A DNA stretch of 64,000 nucleotides from Candidatus Poribacteria bacterium (lineage in GTDB: Bacteria > Poribacteria > WGA-4E > PCPOR2b). Both the position numbers and the translations under genes were made by a program. The stretch spans positions 3,200,001 through 3,264,000 of the forward strand of contig OZ242351.1 of the NCBI GenBank assembly GCA_965208675.1. Reading direction: 5' to 3'. Below the pieces are notes generated by a model that was given only the letters and a program-made list of their open reading frames with translations, was not told the origin of the DNA and made no database searches. The stretch's first letter is position 1; each line of letters opens with the position of its first letter. Positions 28,385-38,508 of the stretch are shown here, piece by piece.

Positions 28385-29350
28385 TTGAAAGCTGCTCAAA
28401 TTGTTGCGCCGCGCCAACTTGAAATCATCGACATAGGTGTACCCGATATTTCCTCGGAACCTGAAGGCGCAGTGCTTATTAAAGCGCGTCTTAGCGCAAT
28501 TTGCGGAACGGATATGCCGTATTTTGCGATGGAACATCCTGCGGCAGATTATCCATTTGCGACGGGGTTGTCCATCCATGAGTGCATCGGTACGATTGCT
28601 GCAAGTAAGTCCGATCGTTTCAAGGAAGGTGAAACTGTGCTTGCGCTTCCGAACGAGATGCGCGGGCTCGCAGAGTACTTTTTGTCGCATGAAGATGTCA
28701 CAGTCCCACTGCAAACATTCCATCGCGGCGACTGTATTTTGATGTCACAACCGTTAGGCACCGTCATCTGGGCATGTCGGAAGTTTGGCAATTTGCTACA
28801 TCAGAACGTCGTGATTGTAGGGCAAGGACCAATGGGTTTGCTCATGGCGCATATGTTGAGTAATCTCGGTGCGAAGGCGATTATTGGGACAGACTTGTTT
28901 GATTATCGTCTAGCGGTCTCAAAACAGATGCGTGCCACGCACATAATAAACGCAAGCAAAGAAGACGCGGTTGCCCGTGTTGCCGAGCTGACACACGGCG
29001 TGATGGCTGACCTTGTAGTTGAAGCGGTGGGACACCAGACGGAGACAATCAATGACTGCCTAAATCTCGTGAAACCAGGCGGGACAATCCTTGCGTTTGG
29101 TGTGCCTGATGACGATGTATACGATTTTCATTTTGGCGGCTTTTTCCATAAAAACGTGCGTTTCATTGCATCTGTTGGACCGGATGTCCAGAACGACTTC
29201 CCGCTGGCGATGGATATGATCTCGCAAGGACGTATTGATGTGTCGCCAATCATCACTCATAATCTTCCGTTCACTGAAGTACAGCGGGCGTTTGAGCTGT
29301 CCCTTTATAAAAAAGATGGCGCAATCAAGATTACCCTCGAATATGATTAA
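28385..29350 (+). CDS. Zn-dependent (MDR family) alcohol/sugar dehydrogenase
   Basis: ICGTD, HECIG, GQGPMG; GGAGG precedes TTG at 28385. Confidence 0.85.
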   Translation: MKAAQIVAPRQLEIIDIGVPDISSEPEGAVLIKARLSAICGTDMPYFAMEHPAADYPFATGLSIHECIGTIAASKSDRFKEGETVLALPNEMRGLAEYFLSHEDVTVPLQTFHRGDCILMSQPLGTVIWACRKFGNLLHQNVVIVGQGPMGLLMAHMLSNLGAKAIIGTDLFDYRLAVSKQMRATHIINASKEDAVARVAELTHGVMADLVVEAVGHQTETINDCLNLVKPGGTILAFGVPDDDVYDFHFGGFFHKNVRFIASVGPDVQNDFPLAMDMISQGRIDVSPIITHNLPFTEVQRAFELSLYKKDGAIKITLEYD

Positions 29351-29491
29351 CACAACCGATATGCCCGGAAGGGAGGAAGAATCATGCGGAAGCCGGAGGA
29401 TGGAAGAAATTACAATCTAAAAGCGGGCGGAAGAAGAAATAGACTGATTGCTGAAATTGCATTTTAACCCGAATGATACGAGACTTCAGGT

Positions 29492-30559
29492 CTAAATTAG
29501 TGTTTGTTGTTCCAGCGGCAAGTGGACCATCCGCCCTTCACGGCTGGATTTATAGATGGCAAGGATAATCTCAACTGCTTTTCGCCCCTCGCGCCCATCA
29601 ACAAGGTGAGGCATACCGGTATTGATACTGTGGATAAAATCTGTCATTTGCCGTTGATGGTTAGCATGCTTAATTTCTCGCGGATCAGCCGCACCGCCTC
29701 CTCCTGATTGTCTCCTCGCATATTTGCGGCGTATCTCGGCGTCTTCCGGCAACTCCGGATCAAACTTCCATGTTGTAATATCTTCTTCTTCCAAAATGAC
29801 TGTGCCGTTGCTGCCCGAAATCTCAATACGTTTCAAAAACCCTGGGTATACAGCGGTTGAACCTTCAATGATTCCCAAGGCGCCGTTTGCAAAACGCAGA
29901 GCGGCAACAGCAACATCCTCTACCTCAATACGCTCATGCGCCAATGTATACGTGAATGCCTGTACCGCTTTGACAGGCCCCATGAAGTATTGGATGAGAT
30001 CGACGGCATGGATGGACTGATTCATAAGTGAGCCGCCGCCGTCAAGTTTCCACGTGCCTCGCCATCCGCCGCTGTCGTAATATGCTTGCGAACGGTGCCA
30101 CTTAACGTAAGCGTCGCCCAAAGTAAGTTTCCCGAAACGGCCGGAATGGATTGTCTTCTTTAACAACCGACTCGCTTCGACAAATCGCGAGTTAAAGATT
30201 GCACATAGACGCACCCCGGCTTCGTCACAAGTTTGGATAATTTCATCGCACCGATCCAATGTGATTTCCAACGGCTTTTCTACAATGACATGTTTGCCGG
30301 CTTCCGCAGCCGCGACTGCCGCCTCCAGATGGACACCGCTAGGCGTGCATACACAGACGATGTCGAGGTCATCGCGTTTGAGCATCTCACGGTAGTCCGA
30401 ATAGCCGTCCACATGATATCTATCTGCTAACCGCCTGACATTTTCGTAATGTCGGGAACTGACAGCGGCTAATCGTCCACGGTCTAGCTCGGCGATTGCC
30501 GCGGCGTGGACATCCGCAATCATGCCGCAGCCGACAATTCCGAAACCATAAGTTTTCAT
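29492..30559 (-). CDS. Gfo/Idh/MocA oxidoreductase
   Basis: GIVGCGMIA, HVIVEKPL, GGGSLMNQSIH. Confidence 0.9.
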   Translation of the reverse strand: MKTYGFGIVGCGMIADVHAAAIAELDRGRLAAVSSRHYENVRRLADRYHVDGYSDYREMLKRDDLDIVCVCTPSGVHLEAAVAAAEAGKHVIVEKPLEITLDRCDEIIQTCDEAGVRLCAIFNSRFVEASRLLKKTIHSGRFGKLTLGDAYVKWHRSQAYYDSGGWRGTWKLDGGGSLMNQSIHAVDLIQYFMGPVKAVQAFTYTLAHERIEVEDVAVAALRFANGALGIIEGSTAVYPGFLKRIEISGSNGTVILEEEDITTWKFDPELPEDAEIRRKYARRQSGGGGAADPREIKHANHQRQMTDFIHSINTGMPHLVDGREGRKAVEIILAIYKSSREGRMVHLPLEQQTLI

Positions 30560-30738
30560 GGCAATAGGCGCCCCAATGCAAATAATTCCCACTGCCTACC
30601 ATACGTAAAGTTCATACGGCCTCTCGGTAAAAATAATAAAAATGATACGGTCATTTGAGTCTCCCCAAGCCAAACCCCGTCATTTTTTTCGACAACAAGA
30701 CAATAGTCAAATGTCTTGAGAAACGCAGGATTTTCATC

Positions 30739-31314
30739 ATGAAAAAGCTTATCATGGCGTTCTGCCTCATTGTGACGATTGGATTTATCTGGATCTGGCA
30801 CCATCAAATTCAGTTTAACGATGAGTCGCGCAAAGCCTTTTTTCATCTGAAGAGCGGCGAAGTTGACCAAGCAATCAATGCTTATACTAGCGCCATCAAG
30901 CATAAAAAGCGTACCCTCTTTTTCTCGAAAGCACCATTCCTATATAATAACCTCGGTCAAGCCTATCTGAGTAAGGCACAATATGATGAAGCGATCGCGG
31001 CTTTCAAGCATGCCCTCGAAATCAAGCCGGATGCAGTGGAAGTTTATATCAATCTAGCAACGGCTTACCTGAAGCAGAATTTGCCTCGCCGAGCACTCGA
31101 GGCGTGTCAGCAAGCCATCCGGATTGACCCTCGCTCTCCCTTCGCCCACTACAACTTGGCTTGTGCTTACGCGCTAGCCGACGACGCTGCAAAAGCGATT
31201 GATTCCCTCGAAAGCGCCATTAAACTTGACAAGCAAATAAAAAAGTACGCGCAAGAAGAAAGGGCGTTCGATACACTTCGGTCCCACCCTCTGTTTCCAA
31301 AATCCAATCCCTAG
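30739..31314 (+). CDS. Membrane-anchored TPR protein
   Basis: N-terminal TM helix; repeats YNNLGQAY, YINLATAY, HYNLACAY. Confidence 0.85.
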   Translation: MKKLIMAFCLIVTIGFIWIWHHQIQFNDESRKAFFHLKSGEVDQAINAYTSAIKHKKRTLFFSKAPFLYNNLGQAYLSKAQYDEAIAAFKHALEIKPDAVEVYINLATAYLKQNLPRRALEACQQAIRIDPRSPFAHYNLACAYALADDAAKAIDSLESAIKLDKQIKKYAQEERAFDTLRSHPLFPKSNP

Positions 31315-31393
31315 TCGACAACCGCCCCTCCAGAATTATGCCGTAACCGAATGCAGCAGCCGGTGGCGAGCGTTCAGTAAGATGCGCTTCTTG

Positions 31394-32122
31394 CTAACCA
31401 CTGGTCACTGGCTGCCGGTCACTGTTTTTTATCTTGCTTCCATATCGGCGAGACAAATCTCTTAATCCAATTTCACCTTTCACAGCAACAGATTCAATCT
31501 GCCCATTCAGTAGAAAAATGAATCGCGAACCGGCAAGATATCCCAATTCTGTATCGTGGGTGGTAAGTAAAACGCCTTTACCACGTTCACGCTCTTTCTC
31601 AATCAACCTGAGCGCAATCTCTTTCGCTGCCGCATCGAGTCCCGAAAACGGCTCATCAAGAAGGAGGATACTCGAATCATGGATAAGGGCTTTGGCAATC
31701 ATAAACCGTTGCATCATGCCGCGTGAGAAGATTCGGACGGGTTCGTGGGCAAAGGAGGTGAGTTCAACATCGGCGAGGACATCAGAAATCCGCCCTTCCA
31801 AATCATCAATACCGTAAATCCGTCCGAAAAATTTAAGGTTTTCATACGGACTAAATCCGAGATAGGCAAGCGGTTCGTGAAGCACCAGCCCTAATGATTG
31901 ACGAACGCGCTGGGGTTCAGCAAGCGCATCTACATCGCCAATCTGAAGACTGCCAGAGGTGGGTTTGATTAACGTGGAGAGAATTTTGACGAGTGTTGTT
32001 TTGCCCGATCCGTTTGGCCCAAAAATCGAAACTACTTCGTCAGGCTGGACGACAAGATCCACACCGTTTAAAATGTTCCGATGACCATAACATTTCGTGA
32101 TTTGCCGTGCTTGTAAAAGCAT
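31394..32122 (-). CDS. ABC ATP-binding protein, CcmA-like
   Basis: GPNGSGKTT, FSRGMMQR signature, LLLDEP, TTHD. Confidence 0.85.
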   Translation of the reverse strand: MLLQARQITKCYGHRNILNGVDLVVQPDEVVSIFGPNGSGKTTLVKILSTLIKPTSGSLQIGDVDALAEPQRVRQSLGLVLHEPLAYLGFSPYENLKFFGRIYGIDDLEGRISDVLADVELTSFAHEPVRIFSRGMMQRFMIAKALIHDSSILLLDEPFSGLDAAAKEIALRLIEKERERGKGVLLTTHDTELGYLAGSRFIFLLNGQIESVAVKGEIGLRDLSRRYGSKIKNSDRQPVTSG

Positions 32123-32184
32123 CCTCGGTACAAATTAAAATAGGACCAGAACACAATTAGCCCCATTGGGATTTTTTTTAGGTA

Positions 32185-33588
32185 TTAGAACAAATCACGC
32201 ATTGAGCGTCGGCGATCTTCTTCCACTTGGTCCTGGAATTCCTCATCGCTTGGTCGTTGCCACGCGGTTGGTACACGTGATGTGTACTGCGCCACCTCAC
32301 TCTTCCGCTTGAATACCCTAAAATACTCGAACCGCGTGAGGGTAGGAGGAATATTGCCCGGACAAAGCGCGTGCAAACCAACCTGAACCGGATCGCCCAT
32401 GCCGACATGTGTTTTTCCGCAGCTTTGCCAGTTCGTACCATCAGAACTAGCGAATCCAGAAAAGAGATTCCCTGTGCGTTCAAGTCGAAGGAAGAGCGCC
32501 CTTCCCCGATTATGACTCGCCGACACGCCTATCAATCCCGTACCACGGCCAACGAGGGAGTAAACTCTATTCATATGCCGTTCAAAACGAACATCGCCTC
32601 TGAATGCGTGGGGAGCGGAAGTTTTCTCTAACCTAACGAAGGCATGCGGCCCTTTCCATACAATGAGCCCACCGTGTTCTCTCTGCTCAGGGGTTACGCG
32701 AATCCGGCACTCAATGGCAAAATCGCCGGACACCTCCATTAATAGACGCGGGGCATCCATGTTGCCGCCATGTCCCGGCGGACTGCCGTGCCATAAATCC
32801 TGTCCGGGCTGAACATGCATTTCTAGATAACCCTGGCTCTCTGACCACGTACCGCCGCCATGGGGATCCTCCCATTTCCATTCCGGGCGCATCTGGTTGC
32901 CGATGAATTCATCTTCAAAGACTATCTCAGGAAATTCGCTGGAGGAAGACCAGCCTTCAATCTTAATAGAGGAAATTGTATCTCCGAAATTCTGAGGCAG
33001 TACGTGGAGGTTTTCAATTTCCTTTTTATAATCCTTAGGTTCCATCTGGATTCGTACTTGAGCACCTTCGAAGTTCGTATGTTGATAGAGTATCACCTCG
33101 GCGCCATTAGGTGGAAAATCTGGGCCCTTGAAGATGCGAACAGAAGAAACTGCGTCGTGAAGTCCTTGTTCCCAGTGGACAATATCACGCAACACTGTGA
33201 TTTTCTGGCCCTGAAAATCTATATGCTCATAGCATTCGACAATCAGGGGAATCGTTCCCCATTCGGGGCCAACAGTCTGTAAAACCGACCCGAAGCTAAT
33301 CGAGGAGACGATATCTCCAAAGTCGTAAGCCATTTCATGCAAATTCGCATAAATCCCCGGCCCAAGTGGTAGCTTCCGTCCTTTGAAATCGGCGTGTTCA
33401 TGAAGGATGACTTTATAATTTGGACTTGATGCAAAATTGGGTCCTTTATAGACTCTGAGAGAGGAGATGTTATCTTGAAACCCAATTTCTGCTGTTGACC
33501 GGACCGGCTCAATTACAAACCCTTGTCTACCTTGGAAATCATGGTGTTGGAACACCTCAACGACTAGACGTGGTATTACGACTGGCAT
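32185..33588 (-). CDS. Beta/gamma-crystallin repeats plus concanavalin-like (DUF1349 / beta-xylosidase C-terminal-like) domain
   Basis: Four [YF]xHxxFxG...D.[IV]SS motifs; C-terminal APRLLMEVSGDF, LRLERTGN, SSDGTNW, VQVGL. Confidence 0.75.
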   Translation of the reverse strand: MPVVIPRLVVEVFQHHDFQGRQGFVIEPVRSTAEIGFQDNISSLRVYKGPNFASSPNYKVILHEHADFKGRKLPLGPGIYANLHEMAYDFGDIVSSISFGSVLQTVGPEWGTIPLIVECYEHIDFQGQKITVLRDIVHWEQGLHDAVSSVRIFKGPDFPPNGAEVILYQHTNFEGAQVRIQMEPKDYKKEIENLHVLPQNFGDTISSIKIEGWSSSSEFPEIVFEDEFIGNQMRPEWKWEDPHGGGTWSESQGYLEMHVQPGQDLWHGSPPGHGGNMDAPRLLMEVSGDFAIECRIRVTPEQREHGGLIVWKGPHAFVRLEKTSAPHAFRGDVRFERHMNRVYSLVGRGTGLIGVSASHNRGRALFLRLERTGNLFSGFASSDGTNWQSCGKTHVGMGDPVQVGLHALCPGNIPPTLTRFEYFRVFKRKSEVAQYTSRVPTAWQRPSDEEFQDQVEEDRRRSMRDLF

Positions 33589-33798
33589 GTTTTCCCCCGC
33601 GAAATACGATTTTTCAAATTAGATTATTCTAGTAGTTTTCACCCGACCGGTACAAAATCTAACTGTTTCTCTCTTTTTCTCCGAGGCGAGGTATTCGTAC
33701 CTCTCTGTTGTTTCAGGTTGAGTTGGTTTCTTTTTTCCTGTTTTCCCGTAGGGAAGTTAGAATACTCCATACAGTGATAAAGTGGTGTCATCTTTAAG

Positions 33799-34623
33799 CT
33801 ATGATAGGTAACGTTCCATTCGCAACCTGCACTCTTGGGCAACATCCAACGGATTCCATTCCCAGTGCTTGGGGCTGACAAGCTCACAAGACCATATCCC
33901 ATCAAACCCTGTCGATTTGACCGCACTAACCCACTCCTCAATCGGAATTTCACCATCTCCAGGCAGGTATCCCCTAAGTTCCGCCTCATTCCATGGAGCA
34001 CCTGTTTTGTGCGCTACCCCATCGCAGAAATGAACCGAGTAAATCATTGCACTATCCAACTTTGCCACCTCGTCAGGTGTCGTACCGCCTCCAGCGTAGA
34101 GGTGCCAAAAGTCGATTACCATCGCCACGTTATCCCGATCAGCCTCTTCAATAACCTGCAAACTCTGGGACAGAGAGTAGATTGGCGCCCAAGCGATGGG
34201 TTCAAATTGAAAACTCACGCCGTGTTGCTTCCCAATATCTGCGATATCGGCGACGTTCCTAGCTGTCAGCTTCAATATCTCGCTCCACGGCCTCCCTTCA
34301 AGGCGGCAGAAAGCCACAATCTGAATGGTCGGGCATTGGATGGTTGCAGCGGCAATGCAGAGCCGCTCCACTTCCGTGAGCAGTTGGTCGCGCTCTCGAC
34401 CATCCACACGGTCAATGTCTCGCACCGAATTAATCATGACAGGCCGGACATCGTTGGCCCGAAAGATTGGGAGTAATTCCTCAGCTTTAAATCCTTGGTC
34501 CAAATAACGTAAAAGCTTGCCCACTTCAATTTCTAACGCCTCATGGTTAGTCTCGAAGGCAACCCGGATATCAGTGATGAGATTACAGTACATTATGGAC
34601 ACACCATGCAACGCAATGATCAT
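33799..34623 (-). CDS. Sugar phosphate isomerase/epimerase (xylose-isomerase-like TIM barrel)
   Basis: FEP, IDFWH, VHFCD, LPGDGEIP, SCE metal ligands. Confidence 0.85.
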   Translation of the reverse strand: MIIALHGVSIMYCNLITDIRVAFETNHEALEIEVGKLLRYLDQGFKAEELLPIFRANDVRPVMINSVRDIDRVDGRERDQLLTEVERLCIAAATIQCPTIQIVAFCRLEGRPWSEILKLTARNVADIADIGKQHGVSFQFEPIAWAPIYSLSQSLQVIEEADRDNVAMVIDFWHLYAGGGTTPDEVAKLDSAMIYSVHFCDGVAHKTGAPWNEAELRGYLPGDGEIPIEEWVSAVKSTGFDGIWSCELVSPKHWEWNPLDVAQECRLRMERYLS

Positions 34624-35001
34624 TTATTTTTCCAGGATAAATTCGCACCCTAGTCCATAAGTGATTGAATCGTCCATAACCAACGCCGTATTCGGAAAAC
34701 TGATTATGTGCCAGCCATCGCGCATTGCCTCAATGACGGATTCATACGGTAGTTCATTTCGATTCGATGGCAGCGGAATTCGCCTTCCATTGGTATAGAG
34801 CGACATGCCCAAAACGGGAGATTCAAGCGCTGTATTTGTCGCCTGAATATAAAGAATGTCCTGCACATTTCGGTCGGCCTCATCCAGCGCGTCAATGATT
34901 GTCTGCAGGTCATCAAGCGTCAAACTACCTTGCACCAGTTTGTTGCGGCACTTCTCAAGTTGGTTTCGGATGTGCGTGAGATGCGCTGTTGGTACCGCCA
35001 T
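34624..35001 (-). CDS. Small hypothetical protein, paralogue of 35979-36338
   Basis: Shared motif PY.S...AMRDGW.II.FPN.AL.MD.S.TYGLGCEFILEK. Confidence 0.8.
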   Translation of the reverse strand: MAVPTAHLTHIRNQLEKCRNKLVQGSLTLDDLQTIIDALDEADRNVQDILYIQATNTALESPVLGMSLYTNGRRIPLPSNRNELPYESVIEAMRDGWHIISFPNTALVMDDSITYGLGCEFILEK

Positions 35002-35083
35002 GGATTGCCTTGATTGATGATGGGTTGGTCAATATCGTCAGATGGCGACTCGCACAACACGTAACCCGCGCAAATCGTACATG

Positions 35084-35923
35084 CTAAGTCAAGTCGGCGG
35101 GCAGACCCGGACAAAACCCTCTCGCATGCGCCGCGGTTGCTGAAGCAGGCCAGGCAAGTCCGCCAATCCATTCGTAGTTATTCAGCTCGCCGCGTAGCCA
35201 TAGGTACATCCTTGCAGCATCGTGGCAGACGCGCGACCAGTCACGGCGGGGTTCTGGCGAACCCGTTGCGAAGTCCGCGTTCTTCAACCTGAAATCCGGA
35301 TCAATAACCCAGTCCCGCGCCGGCACGGCGGTGCGCCAATAAGTGTACTTAATCAGATTTCGGATTCCCGCTGCCGTAGCAGTAGTGGCACGGTGCCAAA
35401 TAGAATAGACAGTAATAAAAATGGAACCAGCCGGCGCAGCAGTCTTGTGGGCGTCAACAATTGAATCAAGGTGTTTCATAAAATGGGAAGACATGGACAG
35501 ATGGTGGGAGCCGGGCAACAATTCGGTTGGCCCCATCTCAAGAGGCGTCGCCTGAGGGTAGTAAAACACCTGAAGGTAATCGACATTCGGCGCATGTTGC
35601 GAACCATCGTCACAATGCCAACCGCCGTTAATCTCTCTAGGGCAATGGACACGATGGTTGCTGATAGTGAGCGGCATTCCGAAATCACGACCGAGTAGGG
35701 ACCTCACAGCACCTGCCGTCGGCGCGTTGCACAAGACTTGATCGACAAACCATGCTTCTTTCAGGAATTCGTTCGGGTTGCCTTCAGGATGCGCATCGCA
35801 AAACGCCATGACTCGCTCATTAATCTCGTCGGGTACCACTTCCTCCAACATGAGGTAGCCATATTTACAAAACTCAATAATTTCCTGGTCTGTGAGCGTG
35901 GGTTTGCAGTTATAGGTTTTCAT
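35084..35923 (-). CDS. PhyH-family Fe(II)/2-oxoglutarate dioxygenase
   Basis: WHCD, GPTELLPGSH, IWHR. Confidence 0.88.
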   Translation of the reverse strand: MKTYNCKPTLTDQEIIEFCKYGYLMLEEVVPDEINERVMAFCDAHPEGNPNEFLKEAWFVDQVLCNAPTAGAVRSLLGRDFGMPLTISNHRVHCPREINGGWHCDDGSQHAPNVDYLQVFYYPQATPLEMGPTELLPGSHHLSMSSHFMKHLDSIVDAHKTAAPAGSIFITVYSIWHRATTATAAGIRNLIKYTYWRTAVPARDWVIDPDFRLKNADFATGSPEPRRDWSRVCHDAARMYLWLRGELNNYEWIGGLAWPASATAAHARGFCPGLPADLT

Positions 35924-35978
35924 CTCATTCCCATAATGAAGAGTGTTTGCCCACAGACCCGATTACGGGCGTTTTAGC

Positions 35979-36338
35979 TTACTCCCATTTTTCTAGGATA
36001 AACTCGCAGCCAAGCCCGTAGGTGCGTGATTCGTCCATCAACAACGCCAAGTTGGGGAATTCAATAATCCGCCATCCATCTCGCATCGCATCAAGCGGTG
36101 AGCTATATGGCCAATTGTCTTGATCCGGTGGTTCAGTAATCTGACCATCTACAACCATGGTGCAACCGTGGGCGCCTGACCCGACGGAAGTCCCTCCGGT
36201 TTGAAGGTAGAGCAAGTTTTGGCGTTTCGGTTTCGTCTCATCAAGCGCATCAAGAACTGCGGACAGGTCTGCTTCGGTAAGCGCATCCTGTCTCAGCGCT
36301 TCAATGCATTGTTCAATTTGCTGCTTTATCGCTGGCAT
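35979..36338 (-). CDS. Small hypothetical protein, paralogue of 34624-35001
   Basis: Same C-terminal motif; SD GGAGG upstream. Confidence 0.8.
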   Translation of the reverse strand: MPAIKQQIEQCIEALRQDALTEADLSAVLDALDETKPKRQNLLYLQTGGTSVGSGAHGCTMVVDGQITEPPDQDNWPYSSPLDAMRDGWRIIEFPNLALLMDESRTYGLGCEFILEKWE

Positions 36339-36487
36339 AAAATATTCCCTCCATATTAACTTTTACCGCATCAGTACACTTGGTTCGACCATTAGTTGAA
36401 ATTAAGCCCCTTCAGCATCGTATCATACATGAGTTAAAATTAGACTAGAATTCCAAGGTTTCAATTACTACAAAAGTTTGGACTAGG

Positions 36488-37306
36488 TTACCATTGTGGC
36501 GGACCAGATGGAAACCCATATGATTTTTGAATTTGGTTAGCCTGCGAACCCGAATAGGGCCAAGCTTGACCGCCCATTGTCCGAAATCCGTCGCCATTGC
36601 CGCATAGCCAGAAGAACTTGTGCGCCACAAGTTTCGCAGTCCCATGTCCGCCATAGTTCGCCGTGTGGAAATCAAAGTCTGGTTCGACAACCCAATCCCG
36701 TTGGGGCGGCACTGTTCGCCAGTAACTCCACTTTAACATATTTCTTATCCCCTCGGCGGTAGACTCGCCCTTGCGGTGCAGGATTGGATACATCGTAATG
36801 AAAACTGTGCCCGCAGGCGAGTCCATTAGGCGCCCTCCACGCCATGCTATATCTCGCCCTGTCGGCGCTAAATGCGAACCGGGCAATATTTCAGTCGGTC
36901 CCATCTCTGGCGTGACATCCTTCGGATAATAGAACACCTGTAAATAATTGACTTCGGGACCGAATACCGAGTCGCCGTCGTGATGCCACCCCTGCGCAGG
37001 AGCAGGACATTTGGCACGATGATTACTCATAAGTACCGGCAAACCGACATTCCGCCCCAGTATTGACCTCACAGCGCCTGCTACTAGGGGATGAAGCAGC
37101 ACATTCTCAAGAAACCAATCCTCAAGAATGATTGTGCTTGGTTCTCCGGTCGGATGTTCGACTAGATATTCGTCTGTTCGCTGATTAATTGCATCTGGAA
37201 TGACACTTTCCAGCACGATTGCGCCGTGACTACAGAACTCCAATACCTGAGAGTCCGTCAGTGTAGGATCACAATCAAAAGTTCTCGTCTCTTTATCTAG
37301 CTTCAT
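36488..37306 (-). CDS. PhyH-family Fe(II)/2-oxoglutarate dioxygenase
   Basis: WHHD, GPTEILPGSH, ILHR; GGAGGT before ATG 37306. Confidence 0.88.
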   Translation of the reverse strand: MKLDKETRTFDCDPTLTDSQVLEFCSHGAIVLESVIPDAINQRTDEYLVEHPTGEPSTIILEDWFLENVLLHPLVAGAVRSILGRNVGLPVLMSNHRAKCPAPAQGWHHDGDSVFGPEVNYLQVFYYPKDVTPEMGPTEILPGSHLAPTGRDIAWRGGRLMDSPAGTVFITMYPILHRKGESTAEGIRNMLKWSYWRTVPPQRDWVVEPDFDFHTANYGGHGTAKLVAHKFFWLCGNGDGFRTMGGQAWPYSGSQANQIQKSYGFPSGPPQW

Positions 37307-37381
37307 TGTGGATCTACCTCCACTTCTTTTTGATAAACTCCTAACCAAGGTCCTCCGTATACCATTATTAATCCATCAGCC

Positions 37382-38272
37382 TCAAACCTTAATTTGGTCT
37401 TTTATTGGGCTTATGGGAAATCTGTAGAACCCTTGGGGCGGATATATCTGTGCCGAGGATCGAGGTGGCGGGTAGCCCATGGGCCAATCTTCACCGCCCA
37501 CCAACTCCCGGAGTATACTCATATCCCCACACAACCAGCAAAACATCGCCGCGGCATCATACCAATCTCGGAATTGCTGCCGGGGGACGCCGCCGAAGCT
37601 AAATTGAGCCATAGCGAAATCAAAGTCCGGTTCGGCAATCCAATCCCGCTGGGGTGGCACCGTTCGCCAGTAGCAGTATTTCAACATATTGCGGAGTCCG
37701 TGCGCAGTGGACTCAGAGCGGCGATGCCAGATGGGATAAGCTGTGATGAAAATAGTACCAGCCGGTGAAGCCATGCGAAGTCCCGATCGAATGTTGCCGT
37801 AGTGTTGCATCCAACTTTGCAAGCAAAAGAGGAAATGGGAGCCGGGTACTATCTCCGTAGGACCAAGCTCTACAGGGGTATCCTGTGGGTAATAGAATAC
37901 CTGCAAATGATTTGTTTCCGGGCCATAGCGTGAGCCGCCATCCCGGTGCCAGCACTGCGCTGGTGCCGGACATTCTAGCCGATGATTTGCCACTCCAACC
38001 GGAAGGCCGAATTCCTCGCCTAGAAGCGACCGTACGGCACCTGCCGCCTGCGGATTGAGAAGCACGTTCTCAATGAACCAATCCTCCTGTCGAAGAGGTG
38101 CCTGTCCATGCTTTTCGATGAATTCAGAAACTCTCCGGTTGATTTCGTTCGGAACGACACCTTCGTACACTAGGTAACCCTGTCTGCAGAAATCGAGTAC
38201 TTCCGTGTCGTTAAGTGTAGGCTCGCAGTTAGCTGTTTGTAATGCCTTCTTTCCAATTTTCACCGGCTGCAT
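37382..38272 (-). CDS. PhyH-family Fe(II)/2-oxoglutarate dioxygenase
   Basis: WHRD, GPTEIVPGSH, IWHR. Confidence 0.88.
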   Translation of the reverse strand: MQPVKIGKKALQTANCEPTLNDTEVLDFCRQGYLVYEGVVPNEINRRVSEFIEKHGQAPLRQEDWFIENVLLNPQAAGAVRSLLGEEFGLPVGVANHRLECPAPAQCWHRDGGSRYGPETNHLQVFYYPQDTPVELGPTEIVPGSHFLFCLQSWMQHYGNIRSGLRMASPAGTIFITAYPIWHRRSESTAHGLRNMLKYCYWRTVPPQRDWIAEPDFDFAMAQFSFGGVPRQQFRDWYDAAAMFCWLCGDMSILRELVGGEDWPMGYPPPRSSAQIYPPQGFYRFPISPIKDQIKV

Positions 38273-38326
38273 TGCTAGCGGTCTCCCTCTTAAACGCGAA
38301 AATTACTCACGTGGTTCAAAGGCGGT

Positions 38327-38355
38327 ATTATACTATATATTGAGTCATACTGCAA
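38327..38355 (-). promoter_or_regulatory. Sigma-70-type promoter for the PhyH cluster
   Basis: TTGCAG-N17-TATAAT on the minus strand, 55 nt before the start. Confidence 0.55.
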
Positions 38356-38508
38356 CCAATAAAAGGACAACACCTGTGATTCATCCAATCTCAAGTAACG
38401 TGTTAAATTTTGCCGATGGTGGCTTTTTTACGCGTGACGCTAAAGTACCCATGCTAAACTTGAGCAATTCCAGTGAATACGGGGGATACATTTACACGAC
38501 GCCGCGCA

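Noticed and set aside
33835-34476. Long antisense ORFs (213 aa here; also 43137-43679, 57936-58451 and others)
   Set aside because: Shadows of well-supported genes on the opposite strand.
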